Assembly (NCBI GenBank): GCA_965197475.1
Contig: CBDANF010000003.1
Location: 2,432,001 to 2,496,000, forward strand
Length of the DNA stretch: 64,000 nucleotides
Direction: 5' to 3'
DNA from: Candidatus Poribacteria bacterium
GTDB taxonomy: Bacteria; Poribacteria; WGA-4E; WGA-3G
Shown: piece by piece, positions 29,890-40,851 of the stretch
How positions within the stretch are numbered: position 1 is the first letter of the stretch
Layout of the letters: each line of letters opens with the position of its first letter
Program-made: the position numbers and the translations under genes
Notes under the pieces: generated by a model
The model's database searches: none
What the model saw: only the letters and a program-made list of their open reading frames with translations
What the model was told of the DNA's origin: nothing

Positions 29890-31698
29890 CTATCTCTTTT
29901 GTGGAACGTTCCACAGCAGAATAGTTCCATCCCAACTTCCACTTGCAAGAGTTTTACTATCTGGAGAGAATGCTATTGACTTGATACTCCATTTATGGCC
30001 GGAATAGGTTCGCTTTAGCTTCCCAGTTTTTGCATCCCACAAACGGATCCGTTCATCATCACCTACACCAGCAAGGGTTTTGCCATCTGGAGAATACGCT
30101 ATGAAATCAGCAACATCGTCATGCCATTCAAGATTACGTCTGTTTCGTCCGAGACTTAAAATAGACTTAAAAACTTCAAACTTTGTTGAATGTTGTTCAA
30201 ACGTCTGCTTATTTTCTCCTGTCTTTGCATCCCATAACTGAATACGCCGCCCTGCAGTCGCAAGCAATTTCCCATCCGAGGAATATGCTATTGAAAATCC
30301 ACTGCCTGTATCAGGTAGAGTCAGTTTGAGTTCTCCTGTAATAACATCCCACAAGCGGATTGTGTGGTCATTACCTGCACTCGCTAACATTTTACCGTCA
30401 GGAGAAAATGTCACAGAACGGATATCATCTGTATGCCCTTTGAGTGTCAATATTTGTTTTCCGGTATCTGTATCCCACAATCGGAGCTCACCGTCCCAAC
30501 TTCCACTCGCTAATGTGCGATTGTTTGGTGAAAATGCCACAGAATTTATACCATTTTTATGTCCTTCAAGAGTCAACTTGTGCTGTTTGGTATCTACATC
30601 CCATAACAGAATCGCGTAGCCACTTGCACTTGCTAACGTTTTACCGTCTGGAGAATACGTAACGGAACCAATTGTTCCTCTATGTCCTTTAATGGTTAAC
30701 TTGTGTTTTGCTGTACCAACGTCCCATAAAAGAATTGTTCCATCCCAATTCATACTGACAAGCGTTTTACCATCTGGAGAATATGTAACCTCTTGAACCG
30801 AACTCCCATACGGGAAAAGTGTCTGCTCCAGTTCCTCTGTCGCTACATTCCACAACTGGATGTTCGCGCCATTACCACTTCCACCTGCAACGAGGGTTTG
30901 ACCATCAGGACTAAATGCTACAGAATTGACACGGCCTTTGTATCCAGAAATAGTATGTTTGAGTTGTCCGGTGTTAGCATCCCATAAACGAACCGTCTGG
31001 TCCCTACTTCCGCTCGCAACAACATTGCTATTTGGTGAAAACGCTATTGAATTAACCCGATGTGCATGTCCTAAAGCGGTTGCTTTGAGTTGTCCGGTGT
31101 TAGCATCCCACAAACGAACCGTGTGGTCCCAACTTCCACTCGCGATCGTATTGCTGTCTGGAGAAATAGCAACTGTATAAATTTTTTCTGTATGTCCTGT
31201 AAAAGTTCTTTTGAGTTTCCCAGTCCCTAAATCCCACAAACGAATAGTTCGCTCATCACCTGCACTGACAAGTGTGTTCCCATCCGGAGAAAACACTATA
31301 GAGCGAATATTACTTGTATGACCGAAAAGTATTTTCTCCTGTTTCCCTGTCCTGATATTCCAAAGCCGAATCGTATACTCATCTCCCAAGCCACTGCCGC
31401 CAGCAACTGTTATCCCATCCGGAGAGAAAGCAACACAATGAACGGCATTCGCGTGTCCAGTAAGCAGATTCACTTCCGCGCCAGTATGTGCATTATAAAT
31501 CCACACTCCAATACTACTTGCGACTGCCAACAGAGTGCCATTGGGAGAATACGCTATATCTTCTGCATCCCCTTTACCGAGACGCGCTTTTGCACCGTTA
31601 GGTAAACTGAACAAAGTATAGTCCTGGGCAGATGTATTTGGTAAGAATAACAGAAAAAGCAAGGATAGGGTGATGAGAAATTGATAGATTGTTTTCAT
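29890..31698 (-). CDS. Secreted WD40-repeat protein
   Basis: Signal peptide, LP.GAKARLGKG and many GH...FSPDG..LASGS.D..IRLWD repeats. Confidence 0.92.
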   Translation of the reverse strand: MKTIYQFLITLSLLFLLFLPNTSAQDYTLFSLPNGAKARLGKGDAEDIAYSPNGTLLAVASSIGVWIYNAHTGAEVNLLTGHANAVHCVAFSPDGITVAGGSGLGDEYTIRLWNIRTGKQEKILFGHTSNIRSIVFSPDGNTLVSAGDERTIRLWDLGTGKLKRTFTGHTEKIYTVAISPDSNTIASGSWDHTVRLWDANTGQLKATALGHAHRVNSIAFSPNSNVVASGSRDQTVRLWDANTGQLKHTISGYKGRVNSVAFSPDGQTLVAGGSGNGANIQLWNVATEELEQTLFPYGSSVQEVTYSPDGKTLVSMNWDGTILLWDVGTAKHKLTIKGHRGTIGSVTYSPDGKTLASASGYAILLWDVDTKQHKLTLEGHKNGINSVAFSPNNRTLASGSWDGELRLWDTDTGKQILTLKGHTDDIRSVTFSPDGKMLASAGNDHTIRLWDVITGELKLTLPDTGSGFSIAYSSDGKLLATAGRRIQLWDAKTGENKQTFEQHSTKFEVFKSILSLGRNRRNLEWHDDVADFIAYSPDGKTLAGVGDDERIRLWDAKTGKLKRTYSGHKWSIKSIAFSPDSKTLASGSWDGTILLWNVPQKR

Positions 31699-31775
31699 CT
31701 TGCATATTTCCTTTTATTGTAAAATCTAAAGGGTTGTATGTCGGACGTATATTGGAATATTTCCATCTAATTGTT

Positions 31776-33962
31776 CTATTCATTTTTTGGAACGTCCCAC
31801 AGCAGAATTGTGCCATCATCACTGCCACTGGCGAGGGTTTTACCATCTGGACTGAACGCCACCGAACTAATCCCACCTGTATGTCCAGAGAGTGTTTTCA
31901 AGTGTTTGCCCGTACTGGTATTCCATAAGCGGACGGTTTTGTCATAACTACCGGAAGCAATAGTTTCTCCATTGGCGGAAAAGCGTACAGTTGTGATAGT
32001 GCCTCCGCCGCAATAGGGATGACTTACATGTCCAGAGAGGGTATTCAAATGCTGTCTGAGACTCATATCAAATAGTTCCACCAAACTGTTGTGTCCATCT
32101 ACCATAGCGATTATCTTTCCATCTGGAGAAAAACCTCCCAAACTTGTAGCACCCGAATATCCGATGAGTTTTCTGATATGTTGACCTGTTTTACCATCCC
32201 ATAGATACACACCGTCGTCCCAACTTTCTTCATAAATGCCAGTAACGATAGTATTTACATCAGGTGAAAAGTATACTCCGTCAATATATCCCGTAATTCC
32301 AGTCAGTATTTTTAGGAGTTGTCCAGTTTTCACATCCCATATTTGTACTGTATTTTCTGAACTCTGGGTAACGATTTTTGTACCATCGGTTGAATAATCT
32401 ACTCCGTAGAGTTTACCCTTAATCCCAGTCAGTGTACTGAGCAGTTGTCCCGTGTTGGCATTCCACAGTCGGGCACTATTGTCCGAACTCCAACTTGCAA
32501 TCGTTTTACCATCAGGTGAATAGTATACCTGAACAATATCGTGTCTGTGCCTTGAAAACGTATTGAGGAGTTCTCCTGTGCCCACATCCCATAAACATGC
32601 CATACCCCACGTACACTTGGCAGTGAAAGTTTTTCCATTCGGTGAAAAACGAAAGGTGTTAACACTCCCCTTTAGTCCATTGAGCTTATATTGTTTCAGT
32701 GGCTGCCCAGTGCTGCTGGCATCCCACAACCGCATAGTTTCGTCATAGCTCCAGCTTGCAATGGTTTTCCCATCTGGAGTATAGGAAACGTTACCGACGC
32801 TTTCCATATATCCATCAAGCGTTTTGAGGAGTTCTCCTGTGATTGCATCCCACAGACGCACCGTCTTGTCCGAACCCTTGCTAAGGAGCGTAATTCCATC
32901 TGGAGAAAAGGAAACGGTATCAATACCACCTGTATGTCCAGAGAGTTTTATCAATTCCTGTCCCGTGGTAGCAGACCATTGGCGTATCGTGCCATCAGAC
33001 CCAGCGGCAGCGATAACTTTTCCATTTGGCGAAAAACATAGACAGGACGCGCTACCTCCTGTATGTCCGACAAGACTTTTCAGATGTTGTCCAGTTTCGA
33101 CATCCCAGAGATGTACCTTACCATCCGATGAACCCCCGGCAGCGATAATATTTCCATCTGGAAAAAAAGAAAGGGTTAGGACTTTTCCCTTATGTCCGAT
33201 CAATGTTTTCAGAAACTCCCCTGTGCTGGTATCCCATAGACGTACCGTGTCGTCGCTACTTCCGGTAGCGAGAATTACTCCATCGGGAGAAAAACATATA
33301 CTGTCAACACTACGTTCATGTGCGGTGAAAGTATTTAGAAGCTGCCCTGTTCCGGCATCCCAGAGGCACACGGTGCCATCCGACCAACCATTAACGATAG
33401 TCTTTCCGTCGGGCGAAAAAGAAACAATTTCAACTTTATCCTTATCCCCAGCAAGGGTTTCCAAGAACTGTCCGGTTTCGACATCCCAAAGATGTACGGA
33501 GGAGTTATTGTCTTCCCAAGTTACCACTGTTCTTCCATTCGGTGAGAAGCACAATCTTTTGAAATGCCTGTCTTGTATAGACAGGGTTTTCAGATACTTT
33601 AATGTAATAGCATCCCACAAAAACACTTTTCCATCCTGATCTTCAGTAGCGATAGTTTTTCCATCAGGAGAAAAGCGGACGCTGTTGATAGCATACGCAT
33701 ATTTCGTTGGATCAATGAGTTGGTTTAGTTCTTTGCCAGTGATCGAATCGTAAACCAAAACTCCAACTGAAGTCGCCACGGCAAACCGAGTGCCATCTGG
33801 AAAATGAGCCACCTCCCTTAATATCCCTTTACCGATGCGGAGTTTTGCACCTTCTGGCAAATTTGATTTTGTGGCATCTTGTGCAGATGAATTTGGGAGA
33901 AACAATATGATAAGCAAGGATATGGTTATGATAAATTTGCTCACTGATTTCATCTTTCTCAT
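31776..33962 (-). CDS. Secreted WD40-repeat protein
   Basis: Signal peptide, LPEGAKLRIGKG and about 15 WD repeats. Confidence 0.92.
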   Translation of the reverse strand: MRKMKSVSKFIITISLLIILFLPNSSAQDATKSNLPEGAKLRIGKGILREVAHFPDGTRFAVATSVGVLVYDSITGKELNQLIDPTKYAYAINSVRFSPDGKTIATEDQDGKVFLWDAITLKYLKTLSIQDRHFKRLCFSPNGRTVVTWEDNNSSVHLWDVETGQFLETLAGDKDKVEIVSFSPDGKTIVNGWSDGTVCLWDAGTGQLLNTFTAHERSVDSICFSPDGVILATGSSDDTVRLWDTSTGEFLKTLIGHKGKVLTLSFFPDGNIIAAGGSSDGKVHLWDVETGQHLKSLVGHTGGSASCLCFSPNGKVIAAAGSDGTIRQWSATTGQELIKLSGHTGGIDTVSFSPDGITLLSKGSDKTVRLWDAITGELLKTLDGYMESVGNVSYTPDGKTIASWSYDETMRLWDASSTGQPLKQYKLNGLKGSVNTFRFSPNGKTFTAKCTWGMACLWDVGTGELLNTFSRHRHDIVQVYYSPDGKTIASWSSDNSARLWNANTGQLLSTLTGIKGKLYGVDYSTDGTKIVTQSSENTVQIWDVKTGQLLKILTGITGYIDGVYFSPDVNTIVTGIYEESWDDGVYLWDGKTGQHIRKLIGYSGATSLGGFSPDGKIIAMVDGHNSLVELFDMSLRQHLNTLSGHVSHPYCGGGTITTVRFSANGETIASGSYDKTVRLWNTSTGKHLKTLSGHTGGISSVAFSPDGKTLASGSDDGTILLWDVPKNE

Positions 33963-34066
33963 CTCCTTTTAACGAATTGCGGTAGATATTATATATAACG
34001 GTAAACTGTTGATAGGCGCGCTTACAAAGCGCGCCTACAATGTAACATCAAAATGTGGAAATACAT

Positions 34067-34225
34067 TATAGTAAAATCTGTAATTATCTGGACACTGCTG
34101 TAGCGTCCACTTTCAGTTTGCGCAAGGACGACACAAACTAAAAGTTTGTGCTACAAAATATGCGGTAGGAACTGTTTCCCAACTGGACCGATAACAATGT
34201 CCAAGTAATTCTAAAATCTACTATA
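34067..34225. mobile_element. IS630-type MITE (159 bp, TA ends), identical to 44774-44932
   Basis: Imperfect TIR TATAGTAAAATCTGTAATTATCTGGACA / TGTCCAAGTAATTCTAAAATCTACTATA; resembles the IS630 end at 48465. Confidence 0.85.
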
Positions 34226-34264
34226 ATATGGTATCATTCTTGAAAAAGAACGACAGACAAGTAT

Positions 34265-36886
34265 TTAACGTTTCTCGACTTGGAAGTTGGCATCCAGTGC
34301 CTTTTCAACGCGAACTTGTGATTCTTCAAGGTGTGCAACACTGTAATCATCCAACTTATCCTTGGAATTTTGAAGCAGGTTCTTTAGACGATTGTTGATT
34401 TGTCCGAGATGGAGACGTGCAAGGGACCTTGCATCTTCTGGTGTGCCACTATCCGCGTCAAGCACAAGTTTAATAAGCTGCTTCAGATGTTCACGTTGCA
34501 ATCCACGTCGGAAACTGGATATAAATGCATCTGAATTCGTCCACTGCTTTTCCCCAGCATTCTTATCAAGTTCAACCCAAACAGCGTCCGTTATCCCCGT
34601 AAAGAGTTCTGGCAATGTAAACACATCCTCATTGTCAGAAAACTTGAGTTCTGTGTCTTGGACACGCGCAAGAACATTTGGATCAAGCAATCGACCCAAA
34701 ATTTGGCTTTGGTTTCGCAGAATAACGTCATGAATCGGGTAATCCAATCGAGACGAATTCCCACTACTTGCACCCCAATCGCTCCATTGAGTAATCGCAA
34801 TACTGTTCAGCAGCTTAGGTGGAAAATCGAATGTTTTATCTGAGAGTGCATGTTCTTTGATAAATGTCAGTGCTTCACGCTGCTTCTTCGCTGGAACAGG
34901 CACATAAGGTAAACGCCCATTTTTATCCCCACGATGGTCGCGATGGTGATATTGTCCACCGATGAAACGAGTCGCAAGGAACATAGAACGACTATATTGA
35001 CCCAGTAGCGACCTGAATGCCCGCCGGACGCGTTGGTAACCCATTCCATCTTGTGTGACTTTGTCTGCAATCTCGTCCCATAGTCCAGCAACAATCTCTC
35101 GACGTTGTTTAGCAAATTCAAGCGGATCCGCACCAAGGTCCCAACGATTGACTAACGGATCAAGGTCGCGATATTGATACATGGAAGCATCACCATCAGT
35201 GCCATATCTAAGTTCCGGGGCTGCTACACGTGATGCGATTTTCTGCAACTCCGATAATTCTGCTTCTGGCTTACTCCCACCGATCTGTTTATAGGCGTAT
35301 TCAACCACCCAATAGTCCCAGGGACCGATTGTTGTCGTATAATAATCTCCCTGTTTTTTTCCTTCAGGCGCGATGTTTACCGCATCATATTCCATCACGG
35401 AACCGTGGAGTGCTTTACCAACCTTCTTGTTTATGTCGTCAAGTGAAAATATCGTACTCGCTTTAAAGTTGTGTCGTAATCCCAATGTGTGACCGACTTC
35501 GTGCATAATCAATGCTTTGAGTGCTTGACCGATAAACTCCTCTGGAAGTTCTCCATCGTCAATTATGCCACGTGCTTGTAGAACGCTTGCCATGAAACCC
35601 ATTTGACGTGCAAGCCCAGTCGCCATTTGACAGTTATGCCGTGATGAATGATCAATCGGATGGTTGCGCTCATGTTCTAATTCCTCAAAGAAAGTGGTAT
35701 ACTCGCGCTGCCAAGATCTGATCCAACTTTCACCGACAAGGATATCTGCATCCAGAATCTGTCCTGTCAGCGGATTCACGCGAGAGGGACCAATTGCGAA
35801 GGATGCACCAACAACCCAACGAATCGTATTATACCGGGCGTCCTCAGGATCCCAATCCTCATGATCTTGTTGAATCCGTGCTTCAATAGCATCAACAAAA
35901 CCTGCTTTTTCAAAAGCCTTATTCCATTCCAGAATACCCTGACGTACGTATGGACGAAAACGATGTGGAACGGTTTTCTCTATGTAAAATATAATTGGAT
36001 CCTTCGGAGGAGAAAGTTTTGCATTTTTGTCAGCCTTCTCCAAGTGCCAACGATTGACAAAACGGATGTATGGCTCATCACTGGTTTGAAGTGAAAAGTC
36101 TTTCACTGTCGTCATGAAATGTCCCATACGATCATCAGCCAAACGGGGTTGATAGTTGTTTGATGGTAGTTCTGCAAGACTGTAGTGCACTGATAATTGG
36201 ATACCACGACTATCCGGAATTGTTTCACGATTGCCACTTGCAGAATAAACTGCATCGACTCTCAACTCAACGTTTTTGGGAAACGTTTTAATGGCTCCCC
36301 ATGTGCTGCGCCCTTTGTCAAAACGAGCACCACCACCTATCTGACCCGACAAAGGTGGCAGGTCTGACATAAATACGGGTGAAATATTTACTAACAAACT
36401 CTTACGTTGTGGATGGACACTTTCAAGTTTGAGGGCAAAAAGTACAGAGTCACGATATCCCAAGTCTACCGCTTCTGCTATTGGAGTTCCTTTATTAGCA
36501 CGAAAACGAACATTTTTACGGACAAGATGTACCTTATCACCAACACGCCGCCACTCAAGCAACCACTCATCCATGGTCATACCTGAAAGAAGGTATCCGG
36601 TTCCAATGCCCCGCGCGATGCTAATCATGCATAGAAAAGGCTTGTCCAATTGCGATGGTTGTATTTCACAATAGAGGTTTTCTTTTTTCTGATATAGCTT
36701 GAAAAAACCTTGATAACTTTTACTGTCTTCAATAACTTTATTAAAATCCTCATACTCTTTTTTCTGTTTTGCGGGTGTTGCCTGTGTAGCAGGCTTTGCC
36801 ACTTTTTTCTCTTCTTGTGCAATTATCGGCAGACAAAAACCGCTTATAAAAATAATACAGATCCAAAAAGTGAATAGGCGTTGCAT
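34265..36886 (-). CDS. Secreted zinc-dependent metalloprotease (DUF5117/DUF4953, EcxA-like)
   Basis: HEVGHTLGLRHNF, SVMEY Met-turn, PRLADDRMGHF and WNKAFE. Confidence 0.9.
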   Translation of the reverse strand: MQRLFTFWICIIFISGFCLPIIAQEEKKVAKPATQATPAKQKKEYEDFNKVIEDSKSYQGFFKLYQKKENLYCEIQPSQLDKPFLCMISIARGIGTGYLLSGMTMDEWLLEWRRVGDKVHLVRKNVRFRANKGTPIAEAVDLGYRDSVLFALKLESVHPQRKSLLVNISPVFMSDLPPLSGQIGGGARFDKGRSTWGAIKTFPKNVELRVDAVYSASGNRETIPDSRGIQLSVHYSLAELPSNNYQPRLADDRMGHFMTTVKDFSLQTSDEPYIRFVNRWHLEKADKNAKLSPPKDPIIFYIEKTVPHRFRPYVRQGILEWNKAFEKAGFVDAIEARIQQDHEDWDPEDARYNTIRWVVGASFAIGPSRVNPLTGQILDADILVGESWIRSWQREYTTFFEELEHERNHPIDHSSRHNCQMATGLARQMGFMASVLQARGIIDDGELPEEFIGQALKALIMHEVGHTLGLRHNFKASTIFSLDDINKKVGKALHGSVMEYDAVNIAPEGKKQGDYYTTTIGPWDYWVVEYAYKQIGGSKPEAELSELQKIASRVAAPELRYGTDGDASMYQYRDLDPLVNRWDLGADPLEFAKQRREIVAGLWDEIADKVTQDGMGYQRVRRAFRSLLGQYSRSMFLATRFIGGQYHHRDHRGDKNGRLPYVPVPAKKQREALTFIKEHALSDKTFDFPPKLLNSIAITQWSDWGASSGNSSRLDYPIHDVILRNQSQILGRLLDPNVLARVQDTELKFSDNEDVFTLPELFTGITDAVWVELDKNAGEKQWTNSDAFISSFRRGLQREHLKQLIKLVLDADSGTPEDARSLARLHLGQINNRLKNLLQNSKDKLDDYSVAHLEESQVRVEKALDANFQVEKR

Positions 36887-37141
36887 TTAGTTTTCTCCTT
36901 ATTTTAGCTGCAATAACTTATGTGTTTGCGACAATTAACCGCGGACTCAATTACATGTATCATAATAACCCGATGGAGTTGAACCCGCGAATGCCATTAG
37001 TACGTTCAGCGTTGATTTGATAAATCCCACGAACGAGTTTTGCTATGTGTCGCAGTCCAATGAAGACGGGATGAGATGTCGTGTTTTTTTGGGTTGATCG
37101 GAAACCTGTAGTTGCCCTTACGTGATTTATTTTCATAGACT

Positions 37142-37281
37142 TAGGTCATTTAGTTTTAGGTTTTCAGAATGCCACATTAGGACTTAGCGCGCTATAATTC
37201 GCGTAAATCGGGGTTACAAACCCCTCCCACAAGAATAATTCACGCTGAATTTCAAGAAACAACGGAAACTAAATAGCCCTG
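37142..37281. mobile_element. 140-bp MITE with 9-bp target duplication
   Basis: TCATAGACT at 37133-37141 and 37282-37290; TIRs TAGGTCATTTAGTTT / AAACTAAATAGCCCTG. Confidence 0.75.
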
Positions 37282-37542
37282 TCATAGACTTGAAAAAGGC
37301 ATCAATTTTACAGAAAAGTGGTATAATGTTCATGGAGAACTTCTTTTGATAATGGGTTTAGGTTAACTCATTACATCAATGGATTTCTCTTTATACCATG
37401 CTCTTATCAAACTCACTTTATTATAACATATAACTACCTTTTTTGCGATACAAAATCTGAAACTGATAGGAGATTTTGTTTTATTATAATTTATCTTCAA
37501 CTTGATGCTCGGTACGACAAGTGTATAGTACCGAATGAACTT

Positions 37543-38220
37543 TCAGTCTATATTGTTCGTAAAATACTTACACACACTTTGTAAATTGCAAGCTTGACAT
37601 TCCGGCGTTTTCTGGCATACTCTTGCCCCATGCCGAACAATCAGGGCGTGATATTCGTTGAACAGATCCACATCGTGGGGAAGGTTGTCCATAAAGAACG
37701 CACGAAGTCTCGCGTAGTGATAGTTCCCTTCAACCCATCCCAATCGGCTCAGAAGTCTGTAGGTATAAGTATCAACGACGAAACTCGGTTTTTCTGCAGC
37801 GTAGAGAATAATAGAATCGGCTGTTTCGGGACCGACACCGTAAATAGAGAGCAGCTCTTCACGTAATTCGGGGACACCTTGCATAAACATTGTCTGCATC
37901 GGGCGTTCAACGATATGTTCAACAAAGGCACGCACCTTCTTTGCTTTCATCCGAAAATATCCAGAAGGTCTGAGAAGTTTTTCCAACTCATCTTGGCTAA
38001 TCGCGTGTATCTGTTTTGGCGTAAATGCGTCTGCAGTTTTGAGATTGTCTATTGCTTTAACGACATTCCGCCACGCAGTGGCTTGTGTCAAGATAGCACC
38101 AAGTGCTACTTCAAAGGGTGTATCTGCTGGCCACCATCTAAGGGTGCCGTGTTGTGTTCGGAGTTGATGATATAGGTCAAGCAGTTTTTTATTCAGATTT
38201 TTTTCAAAAATAATTCGCAT
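37543..38220 (-). CDS. Endonuclease III-like HhH-GPD DNA glycosylase with 4Fe-4S motif
   Basis: WWPADTPFE, GVGPETADSI, VVDTY and C-x6-C-x2-C-x5-C. Confidence 0.9.
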   Translation of the reverse strand: MRIIFEKNLNKKLLDLYHQLRTQHGTLRWWPADTPFEVALGAILTQATAWRNVVKAIDNLKTADAFTPKQIHAISQDELEKLLRPSGYFRMKAKKVRAFVEHIVERPMQTMFMQGVPELREELLSIYGVGPETADSIILYAAEKPSFVVDTYTYRLLSRLGWVEGNYHYARLRAFFMDNLPHDVDLFNEYHALIVRHGARVCQKTPECQACNLQSVCKYFTNNID

Positions 38221-38267
38221 ATCGGTATAATTTATATAATTCCCAATTTAGACAGCGAGGAAATGAA

Positions 38268-39155
38268 ATGAACATCAGTTTTAGTACCAGTGTCGGCGGT
38301 GGTGCGTGGAGTTTTGCTGAATGCGCCGCATGGGCAAAAACCTACGATTTTGACGCAATCCGCCCAAACGCTAACGGCCTTTTTGAACCGAACCAGATTA
38401 TACAATCAGGTGGCGAAGATGTCAAGGAAATTTTGTCTTCCACAGACATCTATGTTGCAGCTTTAACAGCACATTCTAACCTTTTGGACGATGATTCAGA
38501 AATACGAGAAAATGCTCGCGATATGTTGATGCAAGCAATTGAAGCAGCGCATATACTTCAAATTCCAATAGTAGTTACTTACGCTGGAAGTCCTGTTAGT
38601 TGGCATTTTTACGGGCAGTTTTCCTCTGAACCCGGTAACCCTGGGGATCGCTCCGTAGAACTCGTCCAACGATTCAAACTGATGTGGACACCCATTGTCC
38701 AATTTGCTGAAGATAGAGGTGTAAGACTTGCTTTAGATTGTGCAGTTCGCATGGGCAATATTGCTTGTAATCCAGAAATGTGGGAAGGTATCCTTGATGC
38801 GATGCCTTCGGATGCTCTGGGATTATCTTGCGACCCATCACACTGGCTATGGATGGGGATTTTGCCTGCCGAAGACGCTATTCGTATGTTTAGCGGGAAA
38901 TGGTATTATGCCGATGTTAAGGATTGCGAAATTAGTCCACGCATGCTTTTCAGACAAGGTATTATCGGTAACTGGTGGTGGCAGTATCGGGTGCCGGGAC
39001 GAGGACAATTAAATTGGGGCACGATAATCGGTGCGTTGCAGGAATCTGGATACGATTATGTTCTTTGCGTCGAAAACGAAGATCGTGGTGCACCGGGGCT
39101 AGAAGGTTTCGCTATCGGTTGTAAACATCTCCGCCAATTCCTGGCAAATTCTTGA
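38268..39155 (+). CDS. Sugar phosphate isomerase/epimerase (xylose isomerase-like TIM barrel)
   Basis: DPSH, KD, PGRGQLNW and VENED motifs. Confidence 0.8.
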   Translation: MNISFSTSVGGGAWSFAECAAWAKTYDFDAIRPNANGLFEPNQIIQSGGEDVKEILSSTDIYVAALTAHSNLLDDDSEIRENARDMLMQAIEAAHILQIPIVVTYAGSPVSWHFYGQFSSEPGNPGDRSVELVQRFKLMWTPIVQFAEDRGVRLALDCAVRMGNIACNPEMWEGILDAMPSDALGLSCDPSHWLWMGILPAEDAIRMFSGKWYYADVKDCEISPRMLFRQGIIGNWWWQYRVPGRGQLNWGTIIGALQESGYDYVLCVENEDRGAPGLEGFAIGCKHLRQFLANS

Positions 39156-39255
39156 TTGTTGCATACAAAACATGTGCCAAGTGTTAGAAATTCAATGTCA
39201 CATAACTCAATACGTTCCTTGAAATTGATTTCGGTTTGTGGTAGTTTATTGGTAA

Positions 39256-40317
39256 ATGATGAAACAATTGAATCCTAAATCACACAGAATCGTTATTCTT
39301 GCTGAAGGATCGTTCGGTGTACTTGAATCGAAAACCGCCACGGTTTTGGTGCGTTACCTTCCTGACAACGTTGTCGCTGTCATTGATAGTACGAAAGCGG
39401 GAAAATATGTCAATGAAGTCATCGAAATTGGCGAAGGAATTCCGATCATCAGCAATCTGGTAGAGGCGATGCGGTTTCAACCGACGATGTTGGCTATCGG
39501 TATTGCACCACCGGGGGGCGAGTTGCCGGGTGCTTGGCTCGGGATTCTCCATGAAGCAATCGGTAGTGGATTACACATCATGAGTGGTCTTCACCATTTT
39601 TTGAGTGATGACGTTGAGCTTGCAGCATTAGCAGGGACAAACAATGTTGTGCTGTGGGATGCACGAAAGCCATCAGATAATCTGCCTGTGGCAACATGTA
39701 AAGCTGCAGATGTAGATGCAACGGTTATTCTTACCGTCGGGTCGGATTGCCGCGTCGGGAAAATGCTATCCGGTATTGAGCTTACTTATGCAGCGCGGGA
39801 AAGGGGATTCAACGCTGAGTTTTGTCCGACTGGACAGAACGGCATTATGGTATGGGGGTGGGGCATCGCGATTGACGCTGTCGTCTCAGACTTCACCGCT
39901 GGTGCGGTGGAGCAGATTGTGCTTGAAGGTGCAAAAAACCACGACCTTTTAATCGTTGAGGGACAAGGATCATTGGTTCATCCAGGATATTCCGGCGTAA
40001 CATTAAGCCTACTCCATGGAAGTCTACCGGATGCGATGATATTTTGTCATCAACCCTCGCGGGAAAAGGTTGCGAGGTATACAGTGCCGCTACCCTCTTT
40101 AACCGAGATGATAGCACAGTATGAGATACTAACTGCACCTATAAAACCGGCTAAGGTCGTTGGATTGGCATTGAATTGTTTTGATTTATCTGAAAAGGAA
40201 GCGCATGCGGCAATTGCTGCTGCAGAGGCAGAAACAGGGTTGCCTGCTACAGACATAGTGCGGTTTGGCACAGAAATATTGGTTGATGCTATTCAGAAGG
40301 TGCATGAAGGTAACTAA
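39256..40317 (+). CDS. DUF1611 family protein (DgcN-like P-loop)
   Basis: KTA..LVRY, VGSDCRVGKM, TGQ.GI and EGQGSLVHP motifs. Confidence 0.88.
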   Translation: MMKQLNPKSHRIVILAEGSFGVLESKTATVLVRYLPDNVVAVIDSTKAGKYVNEVIEIGEGIPIISNLVEAMRFQPTMLAIGIAPPGGELPGAWLGILHEAIGSGLHIMSGLHHFLSDDVELAALAGTNNVVLWDARKPSDNLPVATCKAADVDATVILTVGSDCRVGKMLSGIELTYAARERGFNAEFCPTGQNGIMVWGWGIAIDAVVSDFTAGAVEQIVLEGAKNHDLLIVEGQGSLVHPGYSGVTLSLLHGSLPDAMIFCHQPSREKVARYTVPLPSLTEMIAQYEILTAPIKPAKVVGLALNCFDLSEKEAHAAIAAAEAETGLPATDIVRFGTEILVDAIQKVHEGN

Positions 40318-40360
40318 CGATGCTGTTTAACAAAGATGATTAGGGAGGAGACAATCTTAA

Positions 40361-40618
40361 ATGGTTACTCATAAATGGTTGGTAGAAACCGAAAATCCTC
40401 ATACTGTTCAAGTTAATCATTGGGACACGTCGTGGTTTTCTGGCAAGGTTCATATTTATGTTGACGACGAATTAATCTACGAAAGACATCTCAAATTATT
40501 TGACTACTCGCCGTTAGAGCATCGTTTCAAACTTGACGGGTTACCCTATATCATCCGAATTTTATACCGGACATGGCATTATGAATATGAACTGTGGGTT
40601 GATGGAAAACTGCAGTAG
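40361..40618 (+). CDS. Small beta-rich protein, FAIM1-like
   Basis: GGAGG SD; H.V...H..SGK..IYVD...F...YEYELWVDGK pattern. Confidence 0.55.
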   Translation: MVTHKWLVETENPHTVQVNHWDTSWFSGKVHIYVDDELIYERHLKLFDYSPLEHRFKLDGLPYIIRILYRTWHYEYELWVDGKLQ

Positions 40619-40817
40619 TTTAACCAATTGGGTAGAGCATCATAGATACTTCGTTGAGATGGTGGTTTCAAGCGCATACAACAGAAAAGCGCGTTTACAA
40701 ACGCGTCGACTGGAATAGGTTTTTGATTAAGTTCTGACATATTGTCGTAGGTCTTAGACTATATAATAATTCGCAATAAGTAGTTTTGGACTTGCAACAA
40801 GCCATTGAATTTTTCAC

Positions 40818-40847
40818 TTGACTCTCTTTTCTCCCACATGTTATACT
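40818..40847 (+). promoter_or_regulatory. Sigma70-like promoter inside the IS end
   Basis: TTGACT-18 nt-TATACT with TG extension. Confidence 0.6.
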
Positions 40848-40851
40848 ATCC

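Noticed and set aside
32824-33639. Long antisense ORFs (e.g. 32824..33639, 59004..59681, 6297..6869, 53354..53926)
   Set aside because: Shadow frames opposite well-supported genes, with no recognisable motifs.
36966-36995. tRNA T-arm-like GGGTTCAACTCC on the minus strand
   Set aside because: The T-stem does not pair fully; no cloverleaf and no integrase nearby.
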